DNA of 64,000 bases. It comes from Fistulifera solaris (Eukaryota). The notes under the pieces are model-generated. The model made no database searches and was not told where the DNA came from. It saw nothing but the letters and a program-made list of their open reading frames with translations. Position numbers and translations under genes: made by a program. Of the stretch, positions 25,830-38,172 are shown piece by piece. The stretch is taken from positions 124,001-188,000 of the forward strand of contig AP026134.1 of assembly GCA_030295235.1 (NCBI GenBank), given 5' to 3'. Each line of letters opens with the position of its first letter. The first letter of the stretch is position 1.

Positions 25830-25907
25830 GATGAAATGGCATCGCTTCATAAAAATTAACTTTGCATTTGATAAAGAAAAATCTGGTCGTTTAACTTTTT
25901 ATCTTAC

Positions 25908-27380
25908 TTAATCGACATTGAGTATAGGGTCCTCGTCACCATTATTTAGAGCAAAATACATTCGTTTCTGTGGTTGCAGATCAACGATCATTAATGTCAT
26001 GTTGTCTCCACCGATGCCTTGTGTTACCCTCGGATCAATCGATAAAATGTCATCTAGTAACTGCGTGCAAATCTCATTAAGGGAGGAGCATGTATCCAGC
26101 CGCGACCGAACGTACGCCACTGCTTTTCATTGGTCATACAATCCCAAATCCCATCACAGCCCAATAAAATGAACTCATCGTCCAGTTCTATTTGAATTCT
26201 GTAAGCAAAAAAGCAGGTAAGTTAACAAGTGGATGCAAGTAAATGCTTGGCGTTAAAAAACTCACTGTCGAATGTCGGGCTCGGCGGTATTCATTTGCTC
26301 AGCTGGAGACAAATACGGCACTTGCTTGTATTTCAAATCCCCAATCGATCGAGATAAATTCAAATTTCCATTCACTCGGCCAAAGGCATTCACAAATCCT
26401 CCCGCGGCCACAATGCGGGCCAGTTCGGTCGCTTGCATAGGCTTGTGATCTTCCGACAAGGCTTCCACTTGTCCGTGGGCACGGCATAATACAGCACGAG
26501 AGTCGCCTGCATTCGCCACGGTCAACAACCCATTGTCTTCCAGGACCGCGACAATTGCCGTCGCCCCAGCGTGAATCGGATGATCCGGTAAAGTACAAAT
26601 CAATCGACCATTTTGTTCCATCGAAGCTCGAAACGACGATGCTTCTGTCTTTATTTTCTTATTCGCATCGTCCAGTGTGAGTGTACCCGATGTAGCGCTG
26701 GTTTGGCCGGTTAAATTCAAGAGACGTTTGAACATGGCGGTCATGCTTTCGTCGTCTTGATTGGTCTTCATACAAGTATTGTCCGTGTTACTGTCGGTAT
26801 CGTGTTCACTATCGTCTAAATTACGATCCAAGGCGGCCGCCTCTTCTCTTCCCACCACTCCGTCACTGTCGTTGCCGTCATCATCCTTGCTATTTTCGTT
26901 TTCTGAACAAGTCTCTGCAGCCAAAGGAGACGAGCTCGAAAGAGATGTATCCGACAATACCACCACACCATTTTCCGGTATCGAAACAGCTGTTTTGCGA
27001 AGTCCAGGAGCTGGTTTCATGGAACGTAGTTGCACTAATTCGTCTCGTCGATGGGCGTCATGAATCATCCGATCTAACGCGTGAAACGTTTGAACTAAGG
27101 CCAGACCCATGTTATCAGTATCACGGCTCGAAAGATGTTGTTGTAACACCGAAACGAGATAAAGAGAACAGAATCGAGCCACTTCCGGACCTCCGTGACC
27201 ATCAAAGACTCCAAAGACTTTGTAATCATTCAACAAACAAGCGAGGTGCGCATCTTCCATCGTCTTGCGCCAGCCTTGCATATCGGCGACACTCCACGCC
27301 ACCGGTCGGGCATCCGATTCGATTGATTGCCCGGATTCACTGCATTTTTCCGTCACGGGTGTGGATAAATAGGTTCCCAT
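25908..27380 (-). CDS. Protein phosphatase 2C, PPM1G-like (intron 26199-26265)
   Basis: MGTYLSTP (myristoylation-type), MQGWRKTMEDAH, GVFDGHGG, acidic insert, ANAGDSRA, DHKP, NLSRSIGD, GCDGIWD, GGDNMT. Indel at ~26124-26127. Confidence 0.93.
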
Positions 27381-27857
27381 TGTTGCGGTGTAGGAGTCGT
27401 TCTAATTTAGGAAAGAGAAGTTTGATGAAGAAATAGCCGATTACAAGGCAAAGCACGCACGCCTCTTTGCTTTTCTTAAGGATACAGGCCGGCGCGTCTG
27501 GCTTATTTCCAAGATAAATCTAATGAGCTAAATCCGACAATCACAATGAATAGAATGTGATCGAAACAAGACTTTTTCGCAATGCGAGCAAAACAGGAAG
27601 CTGTGTTATTGCGTGTTATTATTGATCGATTGCGTGCGGCTTGTAGGTCGTCCGTTCCGTTTCACATGTCCGCCTCGCCTCTCTACGAACTAGAAAGGGG
27701 CACTTTTCCTATGAAAATCTATTCGAACACACGTTTCTTTCCCAGGTTCTGGATCGTTTAGACTGTTCTACATATGCTACTTGCAGCGCCGATACGAATT
27801 CGAATTCATTTCTACGTAACTCAAATACTTATACGCGTCTATTGCCCTCCTACACGT

Positions 27858-29667
27858 TCACGGGGCCAAGCGTTTCGGAGTGCGCGGGAACCACGACGTT
27901 TGACGAATGTTGGGCAAATTCAAAAGAGCATTACCACGCGCTCCAATCCAATGCCACCACCACCGTGGGGCAAGGCACCGTGACGGAAGGATTGCAAGTA
28001 ACTTTCAATGTCTTTCAAATCAATGCCGTGTGCGGTGGCGCGTTCTTCCAGTAAGTTAGGCTCGTGGATGCGCTGTGCGCCACTGAGAATTTCTTGTCCA
28101 CGCATGAAAAAATCGTAACTATTGCTCAATTTAGGATTTTCCGCATCAGGCATGGTGTAAAATGGACGCACGCTCAATGGGTACTTGTCCATGAAATAGA
28201 ATTCGGTTCCGTACTTTTGCAGCACAATGTCTCCCAGCTTCTTCTCGTGTTCCGTGGACAAGTCTTCATAATCATCTTGCGCAATTCCGGCGTCACGGAG
28301 TAGTTGACATCCCTCGGCGTACGTGAGTTTCAAGACGGGGTTCAAGTACTTCATGTTCTGGAATGGGTACTGTTCTCGGACGCGTTCCAATTCCACCGCA
28401 CACCGTTCGTTGATTCCATCAAAGATGTAGACAAACAAGTCACACAGCACTTGCAAGACTTCGTCATAATGTTCTTGAATGGCCATTTCAAGATCCAAGC
28501 CCGTGAATTCACATAAATGGCGACGTGTGTTGCTGTCTTCGGCACGAAAGACCGGTCCACTTTCAAAAACACGTTCAAATCCTGAACACGCGGCCGTCAT
28601 TTGTTTGTGCAATTGCGGTGACATGGCCAAGCAAGCCGGTCGACCGAAGTAATCCAACGTAAAGACATCACTGCCGCCTTCACTGGCACCACCAATAATT
28701 TTGGGGGTGTGAATTTCAACAAAATTCTGACTCACGAGATACTCGCGAAACAGTTGACCCACCATACTTTCAATGCGAAAGATGGCTTGATTGGCTGGTG
28801 TTCGCAAATCCAACCAACGGTAATCCAAACGCAAGTGACGACCGACTCCGCCGCGGGCGACTTCTTCTGGGGCATCTTCAAAGTACTCGCCGACATCGGC
28901 CTCGCGATCGACAACTTTTTGACAAGCATCTTCCATTTGGAAGGGCAATGCGGCTTGTGACTTGACGACGGCATGAAAGGATGTCACTTGTAGTTCCACC
29001 AAGGATTGTGTCGCAGCTTCGATGGGTGTTTCGGGGCACGAAACGACACCCGTCACGTCAACCACCGATTCGGCGGGCAACGCGCCAATGTACTTGATCA
29101 TGGCCATGCTGCAACTTTTATTTTCAAAACACACGACTTGCAAGGTTGACATTTTCGATCGCAGCAAACAAAAGACTCCCTTCCCCACCACGCGAATGGT
29201 TTGCACGAAACCACGAACGGTGATGGTTTTCCCGTGCAAAGCGGGCGTCACTTGGTTCAGTTCCGTCCATACAGTCTCTGTAACAACTTGACTCTGCGTC
29301 AGTGGCTTATCTCCAAAGTTCTCGGCAGCTTCCGTCTGTTGCAGGCGCTTTTCTCGTTCACGGGCTTCTCGCGCCGCCCGGTTGGCTTGCTTTTCAGCTT
29401 CGCGGGCGGCTTTCGCGGCCGCCTTGGCAGCGCGTTTCTCCTTATTCTTTTCATTCCCTTCTTCCTGGACGTGTTCTTTCTTCTTGTGCTCCTCTTTCTT
29501 ACCACCAAACTCGTTTCCCGTCAATTGTTGGTATTCCTTTTGAGGCGCAACATTTGTTGCAATTTTTCATTCCATTCCCCGGGAGGCTGACCGGCAGCTT
29601 TCGCCGCTTTGATTTGCTCTCCGAGCGCCGTAATTTGAGCGGTCAATTCTGATTCGTCCGTCGACAT
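27858..29667 (-). CDS. DARS1: Cytosolic aspartyl-tRNA synthetase with N-terminal WHEP-like extension
   Basis: OB fold, RLDYRWLDLRT, EIHTPK, ASEGG, LAMSPQLHKQ, FRAEDS, EILSGAQRIH, GGGIGLERV, FPRTPKRLAP*. Indels near 29537-29541 and 27922-27925. Confidence 0.95.
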
Positions 29668-30079
29668 CTTTGCAGAGGCAACCGAATCAATCGAATAGAA
29701 TGAATAAGAAAAACTCTTTGGCAAGAAGATCTTGTTGTGCTTTAATAAGTGTTGTGAAACGCTTCTCATGCGCGTTCTCGATTTTTTTGCTCTAAATCTT
29801 TCATCATGACGTACCGGTACCATCTCGATGGACGGTCCTAAACAAACACCGTCTGTCCTACACAGGTACCGAGACTGTTCTCACGTATTACGAAAGTCAC
29901 GAGGAGTCACGAACAACTTTGAGCTAAGACTACCTCTTTTACTCTGCCCTCATCTTTGACCTTGTGAAATCAAAATCACTGGAAACATCATTTCATTGAG
30001 AGACGTAAAAGAAGTCTTACTAAAATACATTCTCATTACAAAATCAAAAGTTACTGGTATCACAGATTCGTTTCGGAGC

Positions 30080-31105
30080 CTACAATTCTCTCTTCACTTT
30101 GCGTGTTTGCAAGCGACGCCGGGGTGATGATTGTGGTGAACAGAGCTTGCCGTCATCCTCGTTGGACAGCTCGAGCAAGTTTCGTCGGGAATTACGGCTT
30201 GAAAGATGACGAACGCGTCGTGGCGGCGAGGTAGGGTCGCCGTCTTCGGACAAACTGGTGGCTTGTACGCGTGAAGGACGCTCATGATCTTCGTGATAAT
30301 TCTTGTTGGGACCGAAGGTGTCTTCATTCGCCAGATCCGGCGTTCGCAGTTCTCTCTTCGCGGGACCCTGAGAACGTCGTCGCGGACGCCGTGAAGGATT
30401 TTCCGACTCGACTTGGTTGCTGTCAGTGTCATCCTTCTTATCGCGGTGTCTCGGTCCTACGGACCGGTTGCGAGGGCGTCGTGCTGGTGATTCTGCTTCA
30501 ACTTTCTTACTGCATTCCGACTCAGTACACGATAGTTCCTTTCGATTCCATCCAGAATGTCCTCGCTCATTGCGAGAAGGCGAGGAAATGCCTTTATTGT
30601 CCTCTTTTGTTGTTGTTGCCTCCATAACAGTCTCCCGCAACTGCGAACGACGACCGCGGCGATGCTTTCCCTCGCGACGACGTGGGGAAGAGTCTAGAGG
30701 AGAAACATGAAGAGTCAACGATGGAGAATACGAAGAAGCACGCATCGGTGCGACTCGCTTGGGAGTCAAGTCGAGCGAATTCAACTCGGAAGCGGCCGTT
30801 GTTTCGCTTGTATCCCCTTCTTGATCTAGGCGTAGTTCCTTTCGGGCCTTTTCGCGCTCAATCCGTAACCAAGCACGTCGATCTGAATCACGCTCCTCCG
30901 GTGTTATTTCGGTCGATGAATTATCACGTCTAGAGACAAATGAAAAAGTTTTACGCAACTGGAATTGAAAGCTTCGCCTGTTTCTGTTCTCCGGTCCATC
31001 CGGCTGCGGTGACGATCGCTCGACATGATAATTCACACGTGCCTGGCTGCTCTCGAACAAAGGCGTCGTAACACAGCCTGGTGATTTGATCGTTCGGCTT
31101 GTCAT
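30080..31105 (-). CDS. Hypothetical Arg/Ser-rich disordered protein
   Basis: 341-aa ATG-initiated ORF with repeated SP.RRPR.RS.GP motifs. No family recognised. Confidence 0.6.
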   Translation of the reverse strand: MTSRTIKSPGCVTTPLFESSQARVNYHVERSSPQPDGPENRNRRSFQFQLRKTFSFVSRRDNSSTEITPEERDSDRRAWLRIEREKARKELRLDQEGDTSETTAASELNSLDLTPKRVAPMRASSYSPSLTLHVSPLDSSPRRREGKHRRGRRSQLRETVMEATTTKEDNKGISSPSRNERGHSGWNRKELSCTESECSKKVEAESPARRPRNRSVGPRHRDKKDDTDSNQVESENPSRRPRRRSQGPAKRELRTPDLANEDTFGPNKNYHEDHERPSRVQATSLSEDGDPTSPPRRVRHLSSRNSRRNLLELSNEDDGKLCSPQSSPRRRLQTRKVKREL

Positions 31106-31836
31106 TCTGCGCTGGTCTTTTTATTCAATTGTTTATGTCTGTCGAATGAGCAATGTTAGTTTGTGACATGCAAAAGAGGATAGTTACTTCAATCCATTTG
31201 ATAAAAGTGGTAACAGTTCAAGCGAAATGGCGCAAGGCAAAAAGCTCATCCTTTTCACTTTTCACTTTCCTTCATCGATCTTTCGTTTTTTTGGGCGTGT
31301 CGCAGCATTCTTGTCAATAAGTCTTATCATACATTATCGACTATAGCCTTCAATCACGCATAAGGTGAAGCAGTACAAATCTGTATACATAGTTGTCGCA
31401 GCAGGAAATCAGACCTGCAAAAATTGTACCGTTAGGGAAAGTGGTGTGATTGAACGGTGTACAATCATGTATGGAAGAAGTAATGTCTCCGCCGCGCGCA
31501 AAGTTCTCGCCGTTCTCCCTCGTGACCGAGAACCGTGACCAGTGACAATTGCAGTCACTCATGGATGGGACCAGGGAGCAGGTCGTCGCTATGGCCATCT
31601 GACATACACTAGAAAACTCAGCTCGGTACAAGGCAAATCTATTTATTTACAGCGCTTGCTAGGACTACATCATATGTGTATTTAACATTCATATGCAGGG
31701 CATGTAAGTTGTAAGCCTCTGAGGCTTTAAGAGAACCTGACGTCGCGTCGTCGGTTAAGGCCTGCCGGATCGGCCAGCCATAGATCAGCAAACTAGTTCT
31801 TGCTGTTGTTTGTGATGTTTTCGTTCAACTATCACC

Positions 31837-32721
31837 TCAAGCTGCGGGGGCTGCTAACTCGCCTATCTCTCGGAAAAAGCAAACGTTCAAGAAGAAGGTG
31901 CGATATTCGACATCGGTCAGCTCGGCCGGAACGGTGGCACCCACTTCTTGTGGTCGGGAATTGACGAGATTAGACAAAAGACATCCAATTTCGTGAACAC
32001 AGATGTCCGTTCTTCCGAACACTCGGAAATAGCAGTGAATGTGCCCCATATTGTTGGCGAGACTTAGGAAAGCAAGATGTAACGGAACCGCTTGGTTTCC
32101 ATTGATCGACAGGGCGATGTCTTCCTGATCCGCCAGTGTAGTGTACGCGAGCGAGTAATATTCCAATGCACACGACATGTCTTTGGATTCACACTTTTCT
32201 AGGCCGTGATAATGATGCGTCAGGCCAATGTTGTACAATAAGACGGCCGTCAAAACGTTAGAGCAGAACGGAGATACGCCCTCACATTTTTGCTGAAGGT
32301 CGAGCATCAGATCAAAAGACAAATGCAAAGCTCTTCCAAACATTACAAAGAAATCATCTACATCGGATGAAGGCTTCTCTTCAAAGACAGGAACACTTAA
32401 GAGGAATCGTTCAGGGGTGCTACCCATGTCCATGTCCACATCATTTTCGTCGTCAGAGTCGGCACACTGCTGCTGGTTTTCATAGCATGAATTGTTGATA
32501 TCTGGTTGTGAGACAGGAGTGAGCGAAACAGGTTTCGTAAGCAGTGGGGCGGGCGCAAGCTTTTGCGCCGTTACACGAGGTGCGTTCTGGAAGGAAACCA
32601 ACAGAAGTTCCAAGCCGTTGCGAAACAAGGCTGTTGCCTCACTGTACTTCCTTTGCTGCAACTTGAGAATCCCTTGTGAGTTTAGGCTCAAGGCATGAGC
32701 TTGATAGTCTTTGAGTTCCAT
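31837..32721 (-). CDS. Diatom-type TPR-like protein with C-terminal APAA motif (paralogue 1)
   Basis: LNSQGI...A..LF..GL / LYNIGL.HH / A..YY..AY / NNMGHIH / FLNVCFF..APAA*. Shares these blocks with 57438-58202 and 58328-59114. Confidence 0.8.
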   Translation of the reverse strand: MELKDYQAHALSLNSQGILKLQQRKYSEATALFRNGLELLLVSFQNAPRVTAQKLAPAPLLTKPVSLTPVSQPDINNSCYENQQQCADSDDENDVDMDMGSTPERFLLSVPVFEEKPSSDVDDFFVMFGRALHLSFDLMLDLQQKCEGVSPFCSNVLTAVLLYNIGLTHHYHGLEKCESKDMSCALEYYSLAYTTLADQEDIALSINGNQAVPLHLAFLSLANNMGHIHCYFRVFGRTDICVHEIGCLLSNLVNSRPQEVGATVPAELTDVEYRTFFLNVCFFREIGELAAPAA

Positions 32722-33507
32722 CTCGATGATTGATTCTATTGCTATCAAGCGATGTCACGCAATGCAGTTTTGATTTTATGGTGCTTTGAGCTTAGAGATT
32801 TTCGTGTTTATTGCGCGTTGCTTGGTTCTGGAGGTCCGCCATGCGTAGCTACATTATCCTCCCCCTGTAAAAAATAATTTTCACTTCGCCACCCCCATTG
32901 CCACGACAGCACTATTCTGTCCCCTACTCTAAATCCTATTGCGGAGTTAAGCCGATACTTCGGCGCTCGGAGCTTCGGAACATTAGAAACCCCGACGGAG
33001 CGCCACGCAATAACGCGCCACCTCGACAATTTTATTACTGGGTTGAATGAACGCTTTTAAAAAGTCACTCTACGATCAGACAAGAACTGCACAAACTTTG
33101 TTATTACAGGAACCACGAAGCCGGAAAGCCAAATCCATAAATAATTATTGGAAACGGTGAGAAGGCGGAAGAATTGCCTAATACCAGTAACTTCTCGTCA
33201 TAGCAAAAGAAGTTCAAAATCAGGCCCTTCGTGCTCGTTGTTGGCTGGTCGTCATTCGTCGCCACAACCATACTTAACAAATTCATTAGACAAATCCGTC
33301 ATCGGGTCATTGGTAGAAAGCGGAGAGCGAATTATTTCGTTCATGACTGTTTAGTGTAGTGTGCTTATTAGTCTGAGTCTGAAAGCCAACAGCCAAATAC
33401 TTGTACTTGCGTTTTGCATTTTTAAGTTCTGCACTTGGCGCTCTAGGGATCTAGAGTCTAGAGGGATCCCTACCGAACCGGATCGGTATGGTGGCTACCG
33501 ACTGGTC

Positions 33508-33593
33508 ATTATTTCTGCCATACCGAATTCCATATCGACTGCCAACATTATTTCTGCCATACCGAATTCCGTATCGACTGCCAGCATTATTTC
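33508..33593. repeat. 39-bp tandem duplication (about 2.2 copies) preceded by nested palindromes
   Basis: CATTATTTCTGCCATACCGAATTCC(A/G)TATCGACTGCCA(A/G) twice. Upstream: TAGGGATC...GATCCCTA and TACCGA...TCGGTA. Confidence 0.9.
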
Positions 33594-34005
33594 ATTGCGT
33601 TGCGTCTTCTTTGATACGGAGTTAAAAAGTCAGGCTCTTCCGTTTCAACTGTCAGAATAAGCTACGTCTAACGTTCTTGTTTGAAGATCGAGGAACTTCT
33701 TAATGCTTTCATTTGTCACGCGTCTCAAAACTCATGTTCACCTTTTTCACCCCACATCGAACAGATAAATGTTTATACTTACTTCCTGTCGACGCCAGCA
33801 GCAGCTATCACTGCTTATCTGAGTAGTAGGCGGCGAAGTGAAAACAAAGACCGACTCGGTCAATTATGTCACGACTAAAGCCTAGGGGGAGGATGATCGG
33901 TGATCTCTTTTTATGCAGATTTAATGTGTCGAGCAAGCATTATAGTTCCCGCCCACTTGGGCTCTCGATAAAGTCAAACTATTGCGACTTAGCCTAAGCT
34001 CTCGC

Positions 34006-35151
34006 TTAAAAGGAGCTCAAATTTGTCATATATTTGCTCGAAGGGAGTTTCAACGATGTCTTTGCCACGATCACCGACCTGAAAGGTCCTCCGCTTGGCC
34101 CCAAAACAAAGTCATCGTCTCGAACTGGGAACCTATCCGCCAGCTGCTTGAGTTGAGACATTTTAAAGAGAATAGCGTTCTTCGTATCCGTCAGTGATAA
34201 ACCGCATGCTTGACAGAATGTGGCAGCATCTTCTTTCATTAACAATCGGGCCACATCATCCAAGGGAACTGCTTCTGCCTTTCCCCAGGTCACGTTGTAC
34301 ATTTTCAGCGCATTCCATCGTACATGGCTCAACTGTCTCGCGAGACAGCATCGAGCCAAGGCACTAAATGTGGCATGACTAGAGCCTTCTCGTAGCAACT
34401 TCAATACAATGAACCAGTTGCCCTGTGCCCATTCCCCGGCTAATCGAAGACTCCACTTTAACAATTCCCCTTTTCCTCGATAAAGTTTACGATACAGTTC
34501 AAGAAACGAGAAAGGCTCCTCACAGCACACATGCAGAAGGAGAGTGTAAGCCAATACTTCATCATCCCAATCCCGCTGGATCTCTGTAGGATCGTTGGTA
34601 TCCTGCCAGTAATTAGAAAGGGCGGCTTTCAAAGCGTCCGTTCCTAGTTTCGTGGAATACTCGGGAACATCGGCCATTAAATACAGAATCAATATTTGTG
34701 ACCGGATTATAGACAGTTGAATCCGCTTGGACGCTTGCATGGATCGTGTCAGATCAACTTGTACGGCACGAAAACGATCTTGCACAAACTCGACCACCGA
34801 GAGGTACGAAACAGGGACCCCATCCGGCGATGTAGGGGTTGCCTCGATGAGTAATTGCTGCAAATATTGAACGGTCACAATTAATTGCTCCATCGTTCGC
34901 GGAGGATACCGTTCTGTCATGCCCGCTGCTGAGCGCCGATATTTGCTCACGGCCAAGCAAGGATCGATGACGAATCGCTCTTTCGCTTTAATCTGCGATG
35001 CAGATTTCTGAAAAGCCGCTGGGAGCGACAAAGGGCGGTTACCAAACGACGACGTGGGTGCTCTTTCCAAGATTGAAACTTCTCCGGAGGATTGCCGATC
35101 GTCGCATTCTTCTTTCTGACACATGGAATACGGAGCTCGTCGAGGCTGCAT
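34006..35151 (-). CDS. SAC3/GANP-domain protein (SAC3D1-like)
   Basis: AVSKYRRSAAG, FVQDRFRAVQVDL, GNW...L, L..VRW.AL, followed by a winged-helix-like PCI end. Confidence 0.85.
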   Translation of the reverse strand: MQPRRAPYSMCQKEECDDRQSSGEVSILERAPTSSFGNRPLSLPAAFQKSASQIKAKERFVIDPCLAVSKYRRSAAGMTERYPPRTMEQLIVTVQYLQQLLIEATPTSPDGVPVSYLSVVEFVQDRFRAVQVDLTRSMQASKRIQLSIIRSQILILYLMADVPEYSTKLGTDALKAALSNYWQDTNDPTEIQRDWDDEVLAYTLLLHVCCEEPFSFLELYRKLYRGKGELLKWSLRLAGEWAQGNWFIVLKLLREGSSHATFSALARCCLARQLSHVRWNALKMYNVTWGKAEAVPLDDVARLLMKEDAATFCQACGLSLTDTKNAILFKMSQLKQLADRFPVRDDDFVLGPSGGPFRSVIVAKTSLKLPSSKYMTNLSSF

Positions 35152-35832
35152 GTCGGACGGATGATTCGCTTATGGGAATAGATGATCTTAAAACATATGA
35201 GAAGCTCTTGTATCAATCCTTTTGTAGTCTTTAAACCTTCTCTGGGATTTGCACTCTATCATTCAAATGGCCGGGTATCAAGCGTATCATCTCTCATCGT
35301 CATCTTCACCATAACTCCTTATCATCGTCGTCCTTCCTCGACTCCTCCTTTGGTGCAACTTCCACTTCCACTACGTACCTAGTAGTACTACTGGTAGCAG
35401 TCCAGGAAACAAGCTCTAAGAGCATTCACTTTTAGTAGAAAGAAGAACTCGTGAATGAAGTACTTACCCCACCGGTACTCAAAATGCCGTCACTATATTC
35501 GGATTTGGCAGATAGGGGTGGTAAGAACTTTTTGCTTTTTGGAAATTGGCAGCAAGACTCGCGCCCACCTCCCAAAAAAATAGAGTTGTTGCCCGCTTTC
35601 GGATTTAGGAAACAAACGCCCGACTCACTTGCTCTACGCAATTTCTACGTCGTTTTTGTACTGATTCAGTTTCCCTCCAACGTTTGAAAATCAAAACTAT
35701 CAAAACTCTCCGTTGAAAGAATTTCACCTCGTAAACATTGTGCTTCCCTCCTTCCGAGTTTCCTAAACACATCTGTTTGAAATACTTTTCTCGTTTGTGA
35801 TGTTTTACTATTCTTATTTCTCGTGACTTCTG

Positions 35833-36440
35833 TTGCCTTCTCGAATTGTTTGGATATTCTCGAACAGTTGCCTCAGTTCGCCCGAAGTACAGAGTGATAT
35901 TGATCATTCGTTGGTAAATGGAAGGGTTTATTCGTCGGTTAAAACTCTTAGCCCTATGGGATCAAAGGTTGCTAAGCGAGAAAAGGAGGAAAGCATGAAA
36001 GCCGAGGCAATGGCAGCAAAGAAGCTCAAAGTTCTTGAGAGTCTTGCTGATTCTGGTCGTATTCTTGCCTTTGCATTTCAGAGCGAGACATTTACCAACC
36101 TGGCTGCTGTTTTCGAAACAGCGGTGAGAAAAAGCCAGGCTCAGGCTTTTCTTAAGAAGGCTGTCGCTCTTGCAAATGGAGTTCCTGGTACCGACATGTC
36201 TGTTCCCTTGGTGTCGTCCGACAACGAGAATTCTCCTAATGCGACCGAGAAAGACCACGGCGGTGACGGAAAAGAGAATGATCCTTCACTTGCAGTCCCA
36301 CAGAACATTGAGATTCGCCGCTCCTGCGAGAAAATCCATTACCTGCAATGAATCCGACTTGATCTTCTCGAAGTCGTAGGACGTACCAACGACAACAACA
36401 ACAAAAACGACAACAACGACACCAACAAGAGTAATGAGTG
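35833..36440 (+). pseudogene. Harbinger ORF2 (Myb/NAM-associated-like) remnant
   Basis: SPMGSKVAKREKEE motif and an Asn/Asp-rich tail, convergent with the transposase inside the TIRs. N-terminal part not recognisable. Confidence 0.6.
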
Positions 36441-36522
36441 AAGAGGCTCCAGCATTAGGTCGTACACTTAGATTTTAGGATAAATTTAGTAGGTTTTAAT
36501 TATTAATATTTCATGTTATCAT

Positions 36523-37190
36523 CTACTTTTTGAACTTTGACATAATTGCTCTGTATAGGCGCATATGCTCTTCAAGATTTACCAACTCATGCCATCTCCC
36601 ACTAATTGCTGGTAGAGAAGCTTCAGATTCCAAACCTACGACGGGATCTTCTGCTGCATTCAATTGCGCATCTTGCACCAATTGCATCCAGGTTATGAAG
36701 CTCAATTGGTTTTTTAATGAATTGAAAGCTGCGCTGAAGAACACCGAATGCTCGCTCAATGTCTTTACGCTAGCCTTCCTGTCAAGAGGTGTATCGTTTT
36801 TCTAAATCGTTTGTCGGTTCCTTTATGCCTTTCACTAAACGACTCCAGAATTCATAAAGTCTTCCATTATGCGTTGGAATCGGGCCGGAGAAATGCGGAA
36901 CATGTTATAAAACTGTTTGTCGTTGAACCTTGGCTGGGGACCAAAGTAATCAGTAAGGATGCGCTGCAAAGCAGTAGCGTGATTGTAAGAGTTAAGCTTG
37001 GGCCTTGGGTGTTTCTTGTGACGATGCTTGCGGGCGACAGGGTCGGTTTCGGGCAAAGTGTCCTCCATTTCATCGGATAAAATTTTTGACGATGCTTCCA
37101 GAAAATAGTGCGCAGCAGCAGCAGCCTTTGCCGCTGCTTGCTGCGAGTGATGCGCTACAGTATTTCAGCTTCGGCAGCTGAAGCCTCCAT
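36523..37190 (-). pseudogene. Harbinger/Plant_tran transposase remnant
   Basis: N-terminal block (DYF..PRF.D..F...FRIS..RF) abuts the C-terminal block KRYTS*QEG*RKDIERAFGVLQ and RWHEL...EHMRL. The catalytic Asp regions are missing and there are in-frame stops. Confidence 0.85.
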
Positions 37191-37980
37191 GATAAAGGAT
37201 GAAATGATGAACAGGAATGTGATTTGAGTTGAACGAGAAATTACGCAAAAACGAAAATGTCGAGGGGACTCGATCGAACAAGACTGAATCGGAATTATCT
37301 GCCACACGGCATTCACTACTACATTGGTAGCAAGACTGGTTATGAGTACAAAAAAATTGGCAACTGGCAGACAGATTCAGTTGTTGCCATTTCCGGATGT
37401 AGTGACTGCTCTTAGTACCAGTACTTGGAGGACCTTACCTGGTACATCATTGCCGTTTTATCGAAACTCATCCAGATGAGCAAAAGAGTACCAGTGCGTC
37501 GTCCGTCATGCAGCGGTGAGACAATCAAATAAATGAGAACAGGTCGATGATGGATTTTTAAAACGCGACAAAAATTCGAAATGGTGGAGCGAAAAAGATT
37601 CTTTTCTCGTTACTTCTGGATCGATCGAGTCATCGAGTCCTTGCAGTGATTTTGATAATAGGAATAACGAATACTCCGTAACTTCGTCCGTTTTTGACAT
37701 GTGGCTTTTTCACTAACTTGCAACTTCACCACGTCAAGCCCACAAAGTTCACTTCACTACATTGTGCTACCGGCCTCTTCTGCCTCTTTCTCTTTCAGCA
37801 GTACTAGCAGAAGGGGCATATTGGTTGCCGATGCTCCTTCTGGTGAGAAGGCAAGGACGCCACGCCAGGGAAAGCCACTCCCGCTTGTCTTGAAGCATTT
37901 ACGAGAACTGATCTCAAACAAGTTGTTTATGCCATCGAAAGCGAAATTGTTGAGAAAAAGGGACCAGTTCAAGTTCACTT

Positions 37981-38172
37981 AGCGCAGTACATTGAACTTG
38001 GTGATGGGGTGATTCTTCAATAAAAGAGAGGAAGAAGGTGGTACCGGTTACCGGTACCGGTATTGGATACTCCATACAAGCGCTGTACATTGAACTTGGT
38101 GATGGGGTGATTCTTCAATAAAAGAGAGGAAGAAGGTGGTACCGGTTACCGGTACCGGTATTGGATACTCCA
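37981..38172. repeat. 98-bp direct tandem duplication (2 copies)
   Basis: AGCGC(A/T)GTACATTGAACTTGGTG...GGTACCGGTTACCGGTACCGGTATTGGATACTCCA at 37981 and 38079. Confidence 0.95.

Larger units (their letters stand above)
35420..37411. mobile_element. Internally deleted PIF/Harbinger (Pong/Plant_tran-type) DNA transposon
   Basis: Ends GAGCATTCACT...AGTGACTGCTC, flanked by TAA/TTA. Minus-strand transposase relics DYFGPQPRFNDKQFYNMFRISPARF and RKDIERAFGVLQ. Convergent plus-strand ORF2 relic PMGSKVAK (NAM-associated-like). Confidence 0.85.

Noticed and set aside
27858..29667. Programmed ribosomal frameshifting or pseudogenisation of AspRS and other split genes
   Set aside because: The breaks fall in homopolymers across unrelated essential genes with no other decay. 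Sequencing error is far more parsimonious.
33508..38172. CRISPR-like arrays from the 39-bp and 98-bp repeats
   Set aside because: Only two adjacent copies each, no unique spacers, no cas genes, and a eukaryotic context.
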